A stretch of DNA of 30,947 nucleotides from a virus (taxonomy: Duplodnaviria; Caudoviricetes): the IMG/VR virus record IMGVR_UViG_3300026196_000018, positions 1-30,947 of that record. The stretch is one strand, 5' to 3'. Shown piece after piece: positions 23,416-30,947 of the stretch. The notes beneath the pieces were generated by a model. It did no database searches. It was not told the origin of the DNA and worked only from the letters and a program-made list of their open reading frames with translations. A program made the position numbers and the translations under genes. How positions within the stretch are numbered: the first letter of the stretch is position 1; each line of letters begins with the position of its first letter.

Positions 23416-24866
23416 TACACTACCTCGAAGTAGACATTGACAACCCAGTCGATAGTAGTTGCCGCGACGCCCGTTATCGTTACCTCATACTGGTCTGTGG
23501 TGTCATTGGCCGTAATTTGGATATCAGTGGACCATGGCGTGATATCAATAATGTCACCAGTCTGCGTGCCATTTGCGGACGTGCCTCCATCATTGAGGAC
23601 AGCGTTGTGAACCTCGAACCCAGTCGCATTGACGCTAGTGGTAGCATCCCGGCACACCCCTTCGGCATGGATAACCATTGCTGTATCAGCAGCAATAGAT
23701 CCGGAGGCGATAACAGTCGGAGTAGCCGTGGTCGTAGTCGCAGTATACTGTACACCACGGTTGTTCTGCCATGCGAGCTGGCCAGCACCGTCAGTTATGA
23801 GCGCTTGCCCAGCCGTCCCATCAGCCTGCGGCCATTTCTGTCCATCGAGAATGATATCCCCGGTTGTGTCCGGGGTGATAGTGATATCGCCCGCTGCGCT
23901 GGAGACGATACTCTGACTACCCACATCAAGGTCGCCACCAAGCGTGACAGGACCATTAAGAGAGAGGATGCCGGCACCCTGGGGCGAGAGTACAAGATCA
24001 ACATCTGTGTCATCTCCTGAAGCCTTGATCTCTGGTCCATTGGTGGTGGCAGCATTGGTAATCTCGATCTGATTGATAGCCGATGCCGTGGTGTTAAAGA
24101 TAACCTGCTCGTTGCCACCCTCGTCACCGATGAAGTTGGTGCTATCAATCAGGATGTTCTGACCATTAGCATCTAGGTTACCGCCGAGCTGGGGTGTGGT
24201 GTCACTGACCACATCAGCAGCCGTACCTATATCATGAACATGATCTGCCCGGGAATAGTCAGTGCTTACACCAGCCGACCCACCCGCAGCCGTGACATCC
24301 TGCGGTGTAGCCGAAGAAGCCGTGGCCGCCGTAGTCGTTGAGCCGGTCAGCTCAAACCCATCACCGGTAGCATTTACAACTAGATACTCACCGGCCACCA
24401 TGAGGGGTAGATCTGGATCCGCCGCATTGACCTCTTTGTCGCCGACCTTAATCTGAAGGCAGCGGTCGATCTCTTCCTTGAGATCCTGTATTTGCCGGAC
24501 CATATCATCGAGAGTGAACTCCAGCACATCAGGTAAGTATCCACCCTGGTTCTCTAGATTAGTAGCCTGGGTTAGAGACTGCTTCCGGCGGATGACAATA
24601 CTATCCCCAGTGGCTAGAGTGCCTCCACCTGTGGCCGGATACGTGATTGATCCTGCACCGGGATAGGCCGCCACGGTGACGCTATAATCCGTGGTACCAG
24701 TACCCTCAGAGAGAGTGGTCTCGGCGCCAGCAGAGCTAATTTTGATGGCTTCAAGATCATGGTCTACTCCCGTGTCGGGTTCGTTGACGGTGAAGGTGAA
24801 GGCGAACCCCGTAGTGGAGTCGTCACCATCATACTTTACCGCATTGACTTCGCTGCTAATGGTCAT
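23415..24866 (-). CDS. tail fibre protein
   Basis: T7-like anchor YDGDDSTTGFAFTF; DTTPQLGGNLD and LGGDLD repeats; WPQADGTAGQALITDGAGQLAW. Confidence 0.85.
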   Translation of the reverse strand: MTISSEVNAVKYDGDDSTTGFAFTFTVNEPDTGVDHDLEAIKISSAGAETTLSEGTGTTDYSVTVAAYPGAGSITYPATGGGTLATGDSIVIRRKQSLTQATNLENQGGYLPDVLEFTLDDMVRQIQDLKEEIDRCLQIKVGDKEVNAADPDLPLMVAGEYLVVNATGDGFELTGSTTTAATASSATPQDVTAAGGSAGVSTDYSRADHVHDIGTAADVVSDTTPQLGGNLDANGQNILIDSTNFIGDEGGNEQVIFNTTASAINQIEITNAATTNGPEIKASGDDTDVDLVLSPQGAGILSLNGPVTLGGDLDVGSQSIVSSAAGDITITPDTTGDIILDGQKWPQADGTAGQALITDGAGQLAWQNNRGVQYTATTTTATPTVIASGSIAADTAMVIHAEGVCRDATTSVNATGFEVHNAVLNDGGTSANGTQTGDIIDITPWSTDIQITANDTTDQYEVTITGVAATTIDWVVNVYFEVV

Positions 24867-27376
24867 TGTGCTGCCTCAAACATTTTACCTAGGTCGGGAA
24901 GCCGTTGAGCAGCGCCGCTGCCCGGCTTGGAAAAGAACTGCTGGCTACGCTCCTTATAATACTTGCGCTCCATGTCACTGAATTGCCGCTCAGCCTTGGG
25001 GTCAAGGAGCCGATCCAGATTATCGAAGATCAGCCGCTCGAGCGCCAGCCTGGCATACCAGGTGGTATGACCTGGCATATTCTGAGTGGTGAACCGGGCC
25101 AGCTCACGGCCAGCATTCGTATCCTTGCCTTCATAGAGCTGCTGGATATTACCCAGGGTAAGCCCACCAACCTGCGGCAGGAGACCCCATACAGGTCCCA
25201 GGAGCGTGTCTAGAGACGACCCGTACTTAGACTGGTCAGCCAATAAGGTATCGCCCAGGAGGCCAAATGAACCGCCCCTGACCAGGGCCCTACGCCAGAA
25301 GCCACCAGAGGCAAAGCTCTCCGGGTCTCGGCCACGGCTGATACTAGTGAGCTGCTCCCCCAGGGCGCCGATGGCTGTCATACCCAAGAAGAGCCAGGCC
25401 GCATACTCAGCTTTGGTCTTGGGATTGGCCTCAGACATCAGGCGCATCCAGTGGGTAGCCTGAATAGTGATGGGGAAGCTCTTGAAGACAGCCGTGTTAC
25501 GCATGACCTCACCCCAAAAGGTACCGGCAGGCAAGCCATAGGTGAACATTGCCCGGACCCTGGCATTGGATGAGGGGATCGCATACTCCAGCTCTCGGGC
25601 CAGCATGGTCTGCACCTTGTTGCCGACCTCAAATCGCCGTCCTTCGAACGTATCTCCTAATACATCCTCCGGTCGGATGAAGCTAGCGCCGCTATCCGGA
25701 TGGTACCATTGGGGCGTATTACGGAAGATATCCCAATCCTCCGGCGTGATGCCATGCGTGCTGAATAGCCGCTGGGTCTCTGGCTTAAGCTGGTCGAACC
25801 CCTTACCAGCCTCTTGGGTTAGATAGGACAGCATCTCGACCGAATTCCCAAGGCGTCCGGCCTCAGTCCAAGGCGAGAGCCATGCTAGCCGCAGGGCTGT
25901 ATCAGCCAGAACCTCAGTCCAACGGGAACCTACAGCTTCGCCCAGTACACGCTGGGACTGAATGGCCCGGGAGGCCCAACCCTCTACGCCAAAGCCCAGG
26001 TTGGCCGCCAGAAGACGGTCCTCTGTGCTATTAGTGGCGAACATGTGTATCACGCGGCCTAGGGCACGCGTCGGGGAAACACCATTCATCCGATGGGTCA
26101 CGCCAGCCGTCACCGTATCTGCAATGGCTGCAAACCAGGAGCCACCCAGGGCCGATGCAGTCATGATAGAGCGAACGTCTGCGCTGATCTGAGACCATTT
26201 AGAATTGGCTGTGATGCCGGTACGACCGGACACAGTATTATACAACGCCCGAAGATGGACCTTAGGAGAGCCCAGTTTATCAGCCGCTTTACTGCCTAGC
26301 TTTCCAGACTTAGAGATGGCATCCTCACCAAACCCCTTATCGATCAGTTTCTCCATATAGCGGACAGTAGCTTCCGGGTAAGGGCCTAGAACTTCCAGCA
26401 TAGCCGTGTCACGGGCCATGCGGTCCATCCCAGTGATGATGTTCTCGTAGATATTACCCGTCCCGAACTTCTTCTCATAGGCCAGCCAAGCGTCGCTATC
26501 GCGGAACACTAGGAACCGAGAATTAGCACGCTGGTTGATGTTCGAGGCTAGGAGTTTAGGACCAGGCGGGCCGGCCTTCATGTCAGACAAGCCGCGAGTA
26601 ACGATACTACTGTAGATCTGTTTGAGCTGCTGGTCCAGGAGGTTTGGGTTAATGGGCAGGCCATTGACATCAGTCATTCGGTCCATAGCCAGGTTGGCCT
26701 TGACGAAATCCATCCACTCCTGTTCGCTTACAGCCGCTATCCGTACGGGGTCATGCGACTGGAACCAGCCCCAGTCCTCACGGTAAGGGATATCACCACC
26801 GGCCGCATTATAGCGCTGCCGAGCATACTCAGTTGCACGGGTGAGCTGCTCCGCCAAGAGCTTGGCCTTCGGGTTACCTGTGTCCCGACCATACTTGCCA
26901 AACTTCTCATGGATCATCGGCTCGAGATTAGATAGGTCGCGATGGAAACCAGCATACGTAGAGCGGAATGCCTTGTAAACCTCTGACATCTTAGCTTGGT
27001 AGAGCTTACGGAGCGCTGACGTACGGCTCTCAACATCCGCTAGGTGGCCAAAACGCCGGCGAAAATCCGGTGACAGATAGGCCATGACCAGTTTATCAAC
27101 AGGGTGGCCAGCATCCCGGGCGATCTGGTATTCACGATCCAGCCCCTCTAGCACGCGCTTATGCTGGACTGCCATGCGCTTCTTGCGGGAGAGAGTCTGC
27201 GTCTTCTCCTTCAGTAGGCGCTCGGCCACGAGGCGCTCATCCGCTGGGGTCTTAATATGACCACGCCCTCGAGCCTCCTCAACCCGATCCTGGATCTCCT
27301 TGACCAGCTTCTTAGCCTTAGACTCGGAGACAATGCCCTCAGCCGCCTTCATTAGCAGACAGGTATCAATGGCCAT
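24863..27376 (-). CDS. large internal virion / ejection protein, 837 aa
   Basis: Size, helical composition with hydrophobic C-terminal segments, and position next to the tail fibre gene. Confidence 0.7.
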   Translation of the reverse strand: MAIDTCLLMKAAEGIVSESKAKKLVKEIQDRVEEARGRGHIKTPADERLVAERLLKEKTQTLSRKKRMAVQHKRVLEGLDREYQIARDAGHPVDKLVMAYLSPDFRRRFGHLADVESRTSALRKLYQAKMSEVYKAFRSTYAGFHRDLSNLEPMIHEKFGKYGRDTGNPKAKLLAEQLTRATEYARQRYNAAGGDIPYREDWGWFQSHDPVRIAAVSEQEWMDFVKANLAMDRMTDVNGLPINPNLLDQQLKQIYSSIVTRGLSDMKAGPPGPKLLASNINQRANSRFLVFRDSDAWLAYEKKFGTGNIYENIITGMDRMARDTAMLEVLGPYPEATVRYMEKLIDKGFGEDAISKSGKLGSKAADKLGSPKVHLRALYNTVSGRTGITANSKWSQISADVRSIMTASALGGSWFAAIADTVTAGVTHRMNGVSPTRALGRVIHMFATNSTEDRLLAANLGFGVEGWASRAIQSQRVLGEAVGSRWTEVLADTALRLAWLSPWTEAGRLGNSVEMLSYLTQEAGKGFDQLKPETQRLFSTHGITPEDWDIFRNTPQWYHPDSGASFIRPEDVLGDTFEGRRFEVGNKVQTMLARELEYAIPSSNARVRAMFTYGLPAGTFWGEVMRNTAVFKSFPITIQATHWMRLMSEANPKTKAEYAAWLFLGMTAIGALGEQLTSISRGRDPESFASGGFWRRALVRGGSFGLLGDTLLADQSKYGSSLDTLLGPVWGLLPQVGGLTLGNIQQLYEGKDTNAGRELARFTTQNMPGHTTWYARLALERLIFDNLDRLLDPKAERQFSDMERKYYKERSQQFFSKPGSGAAQRLPDLGKMFEAAQ

Positions 27377-29196
27377 TAGGCGCCTCCATTAAGACAATTG
27401 AGGAGCTCATCGTAGAGTTTCTTATCGGAGTCCAATGCCTCCTTAAGCTCTGTGAAGGTACCAGCAAAGGTTGTCCCGTCCTCATTGGTTAATTCAATCT
27501 GACGGTCTGGGGTCTGTTCCACAGCCGCTGCCAGTTCCTCCTCAATACGCCCCTCATCCTTGACCGCTTTTTCGATCTCGGGGTCGATGGTCAGGGCATC
27601 CTGAGGGGTGTGATCGATATTATCCATGTAGTGCCATGGGGCCAGCGGGCTGGCCGCCTGGGCATCCTGACGCATACGCGCGCCCAAATCTGCCATAAAG
27701 CCAGCCAGATCCTTGGTGCCTTGGTCCCATACGGTATTGGCTATGGCGGCCTTCACCGGGGCCGAACTATCGCCAATAGCCAGACGTTTGGTCTTCTTGA
27801 CCAGCCGCTTCGTCTGCCGCTCTAGCTGCTTCTGCTTTTTCTGGAGAGACTTAAACTCATCCTTTAGCTTACCTTTCTCTTCAGCCAACCGCACTTGTGC
27901 ACGGGCAGCACGGAGTTCTCCCCCGCCTTTGATATCGGCTTCACGGAGCTTGCGTTCAACCCTCTGCAACTTACGCCGATTAGCTGTGCTACGCCGAGCC
28001 TCGGACAGACGCTTCTGCTCGTGACTAAGCTTTAAGTAGTCAGCCAGTTTACCGGTATCTCCCAGTGGAGTGGCAGCCTGCTCGATCTCAATCGCTTTGA
28101 GCCGGTTGTCGATTTCCGATGTACGCTGGACAGTCTGATCCAGCTCTTGGAAGAGAATAGGGTCGGACTGCCGGACCCGCGCTACATACTCATCGAGCGT
28201 CTCGCCGGCATTAATCACCGGCAGGTCCGGTCTTACGTCCTGGGGTAGCACACGGCCTACTGCGGTAGTCGTATTGTAGTAGGTGCTGCTAGCCTCAGGT
28301 CGCGCAAGATTGTACATGGCCTCGTCCAATCGGCGGACGTGCTCCATGCGCCCCGGGATTGTATCCGGGAAAGGATTGTGTTGCTCCATCTCCATTTGAC
28401 GCTCAAGGAGCTTCTCAGCCACCTTGACCTCATCAGTACGGAGATGCTTAGGAAGTTCTTTACTACGACGTATGAGTGAACGTACCCCCCATACGCCACC
28501 ATGGATGACACCTGTCAGGATGCCAGCACCGGCGCCTGCGGACAGCACAGCCGTGGCTGCGTCGTAAAAGCTCGGCTGCTCACCCGGGATTTGGGAACGG
28601 GTGGCTTGCACGGCAGCTTGCACACCCACTTCAGAGCCGGCCCCAATTAGCGCCTGGGTCAGGACATTACGAATAAAGCCCTGGGCAGCACCGCCTCCGA
28701 ATGCCATACTGCCCAAGACTAGCGGGTCCGTCATAGCCCCGCCAGCGCCACCGAGGAAAGAGGCTGCGGCATTGCCGAGCCCAGTCTCACGGCTGGCTAC
28801 TTCAGCGCGGCGATCCCGGACATCCTTCCGGGACTTGGCAATATCTGCCAGCAATCTCTCGTGGTCAATCTGCGGAAGGGCCGGGTACTTCCCCCGCAGG
28901 TTCTTGACTTGCTTAAACCAATCCGCGATGTTGAACTCGAACGCCCCCGGAGCCTCAGCAGCGAAGGGTCCATTACCATCCAACGGATTAGGCAGTACCT
29001 CACCAGTCAACTCCCGAATGCGTTTATTATAGGAGCTGAACTGGTCGTACTCCATATTATGGAAGGCGAAGGACGTCTCCGTCTGAGCCATGAGATCATA
29101 CGAGGAGCGCAAGCTCTCGCCCATACTGGCCGGGAAATAAGGCGCAGCATTAGCGAAAGCAGTACGATCCTGGTTCGTTTTATCGAATAGGCTCAT
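27376..29196 (-). CDS. internal virion / ejection protein, 606 aa
   Basis: Gly/Ala-rich hydrophobic central region plus coiled coil; TAATG coupling. Confidence 0.7.
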   Translation of the reverse strand: MSLFDKTNQDRTAFANAAPYFPASMGESLRSSYDLMAQTETSFAFHNMEYDQFSSYNKRIRELTGEVLPNPLDGNGPFAAEAPGAFEFNIADWFKQVKNLRGKYPALPQIDHERLLADIAKSRKDVRDRRAEVASRETGLGNAAASFLGGAGGAMTDPLVLGSMAFGGGAAQGFIRNVLTQALIGAGSEVGVQAAVQATRSQIPGEQPSFYDAATAVLSAGAGAGILTGVIHGGVWGVRSLIRRSKELPKHLRTDEVKVAEKLLERQMEMEQHNPFPDTIPGRMEHVRRLDEAMYNLARPEASSTYYNTTTAVGRVLPQDVRPDLPVINAGETLDEYVARVRQSDPILFQELDQTVQRTSEIDNRLKAIEIEQAATPLGDTGKLADYLKLSHEQKRLSEARRSTANRRKLQRVERKLREADIKGGGELRAARAQVRLAEEKGKLKDEFKSLQKKQKQLERQTKRLVKKTKRLAIGDSSAPVKAAIANTVWDQGTKDLAGFMADLGARMRQDAQAASPLAPWHYMDNIDHTPQDALTIDPEIEKAVKDEGRIEEELAAAVEQTPDRQIELTNEDGTTFAGTFTELKEALDSDKKLYDELLNCLNGGA

Positions 29197-30947
29197 TAGT
29201 TAATTCCCGGTATCTGTCCAGTCCTAATGACTTCCACGTTCCGTTTACCGCGGTTCTTCACCTGCTTGTACCACTGGCTATCCTTAGCCGCCTTAGCAGC
29301 CAGGTTCCAGTCCTTATTGGCCACGGCCGCCAACATATCATGGAAACCGCTCAGACCGTCCGCACCAAGGTTGAAGGCCATATCAGTGAAAACCACCTGA
29401 CGGGCCCGATCGAGAGAAGCGAACCCGGGTACGATATTGGTAGCCTCTCGGCGGGCCTGTTCGTACTGGGTCTGATAAATGGCCGTGGCATCGGCAGGTG
29501 TTATCTCCTGCTTGCCCGCCAGCACAGCATCGTAGTTATAGCCATATGCCTCAATCGTCTGTTTGGCATCTGGCCTATTCAGATTGAACCCAATTCCGAT
29601 AGTAGGCACACCGCCGCTATCCTTGTAGACCTTGGTTGGTATGCCGTCCTTCGTATTATATTCAGCGCTGGCCGTGAACATCTTAGAGACGCTAAGCGGA
29701 ATATCTACCGGCGCCGTCTCCTGCGGAGGCACCGTAACCAAGCCCTCCGGCGGCGTGATAGTCTCCGGTGTGCTAATAGTGCCGGCACCGCCGGGGCCAA
29801 CTAGGTAACTATCCGGTAGCTGTAGTCCCGGCGGTACCTGAAGCCCGCTGTCTATGATCTGCCGTAGGTTCAGTTCATAAGGTGCTGATCCGTCAGAATT
29901 GAGCACATAGCCCAAATGCGGGATCATGATCTGGTAGGTGCCGTTCATACTGTTGGAGACTAAATGGGCTTCCGAACTCCAGATACTTGATTGCAACATA
30001 TCGACCGTGAAGTCATGCCCATTGGTAGTCTTGGGCAACTCGCCAGTGGAGTCCATCAGGTCTTGATTACGCAAGGCGCTCATGATCCGGTTCATGTCAT
30101 CCTGCGTCATATCAGGATAGGCTGGGAGGATCTGCTGTCCATTATGATCAACGAACCCGCCCATAATATCCGTGACGGTCTCACGATAAAGCTGCGGATT
30201 AAAGTCCTGGGCCCCATTCTGCTGGGCCCGGATAGCATAGAGACCGTCAGCAGCCGCTAGGATATCACCCTGCGCCTGCGCCGTGTCCTTGGTGAAGAAG
30301 TTACCGAAGACCGCTGCGCTATTCTCTAGCTTATCCCGATCACCCGGCTTATACTGCGGGTTCTCCAGCAGGAACCGCTGGCCCCTAAGAATATCCTGAG
30401 CCAACTTAGGCCGCTGGTTGCTGACTTGTAACGCCAGGGCCAACTCGGGATGCTTCTTCTCGATGGCATCCTTTACTATGAAAGCAGCCCCGTCTTCACC
30501 AAAGGCAGCCTGTGCATTAGCCAACATAAGGCTGACATCTTCCAAGGCCGGAGGCGTGGCTGAACCCTCACCTGTGACCTGGTTAATGAAGTCCGTAACG
30601 TCGGACTGCGTAAGCGGTAATACTGTGGTGCCGTAAGCCTCAGACGCTACATCGGCCATATGGGAACGCTGTAGCATAGCCGGGAGATCCCGGTAATCGA
30701 GAGGCTTAAGCGGCGGTACAATGCTATTGTTCGCTGCCACTTGGAGCCCGTTACCCTTAGCAAACTCCCGGGCATTGTTATTATAGGACTCGTTGAGATA
30801 CCGAAGCTGCCGGCTCTCATCCAAGCTAAGACGTGCATTGGGATCAGGGGAAGATGCTCTAGCTCGGAAGGCAGCTATGACCTTCCCCTGCTCCGCAATC
30901 GGCTTCTTATTGAACGCCGATACCACAGCCTGGTCCCCGACGGCATC
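29196..30947 (-). CDS. internal virion protein with C-terminal T4-lysozyme-like (GH24) domain; 5' end lies beyond the window
   Basis: VYKDSGGVPTIGIGFNL, DMAFNLG...L..F..ML.A....W..AA...DS.WY.QV..R; frame stays open to base 30947. Confidence 0.88.
   Translation of the reverse strand, partial: DAVGDQAVVSAFNKKPIAEQGKVIAAFRARASSPDPNARLSLDESRQLRYLNESYNNNAREFAKGNGLQVAANNSIVPPLKPLDYRDLPAMLQRSHMADVASEAYGTTVLPLTQSDVTDFINQVTGEGSATPPALEDVSLMLANAQAAFGEDGAAFIVKDAIEKKHPELALALQVSNQRPKLAQDILRGQRFLLENPQYKPGDRDKLENSAAVFGNFFTKDTAQAQGDILAAADGLYAIRAQQNGAQDFNPQLYRETVTDIMGGFVDHNGQQILPAYPDMTQDDMNRIMSALRNQDLMDSTGELPKTTNGHDFTVDMLQSSIWSSEAHLVSNSMNGTYQIMIPHLGYVLNSDGSAPYELNLRQIIDSGLQVPPGLQLPDSYLVGPGGAGTISTPETITPPEGLVTVPPQETAPVDIPLSVSKMFTASAEYNTKDGIPTKVYKDSGGVPTIGIGFNLNRPDAKQTIEAYGYNYDAVLAGKQEITPADATAIYQTQYEQARREATNIVPGFASLDRARQVVFTDMAFNLGADGLSGFHDMLAAVANKDWNLAAKAAKDSQWYKQVKNRGKRNVEVIRTGQIPGIN

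Noticed and set aside
1-30947. CRISPR array, integrase/att site, reverse transcriptase or stop-codon recoding
   Set aside because: No periodic repeats or such genes seen; long genes read through intact in the standard code and all three stop codons are used

Overview
Internal ~31-kb segment of a tailed dsDNA bacteriophage genome, podovirus-like and probably lytic (no integrase or repressor in this window). Two convergent arms meet at a hairpin terminator near 22945-22993. The + arm (1-22944) carries, in order: small early genes; a phiEco32/PaP3-type amide-bond-ligase cluster (class I glutamine amidotransferase/C26, class II Ntn glutamine amidotransferase, COOH-NH2 ligase type 2, amidoligase, ATP-grasp); an AT-rich near-palindrome with back-to-back sigma70-like promoters; then a replication and nucleotide module (metallophosphoesterase, primase-helicase, phage ECF-like sigma factor, family A DNA polymerase, SSB-like protein, 5'-3' exonuclease, secreted trypsin-like protease, HNH nuclease, DEDD exonuclease, nucleoside deoxyribosyltransferase-like protein, dATP/dGTP diphosphohydrolase-like protein). 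The - arm encodes virion proteins: a tail fibre and three internal/ejection proteins, one with a T4-type lysozyme domain. The most unusual feature is at 185-1690. A strongly codon-biased 192-aa gene sits inside a 31-bp long-range RNA stem, between two ~400-450-nt densely structured non-coding regions with multi-way junctions, a pseudoknot and mutually exclusive pairings. I cannot assign these to any RNA family I know. Other points of note are Arg-rich, Lys-free tails on the ligases and a non-canonical PolA active site (steric-gate Glu to Gln, Y766-equivalent to Phe). All calls come from reading motifs and base-pairing by eye; no searches or folding programs were run.
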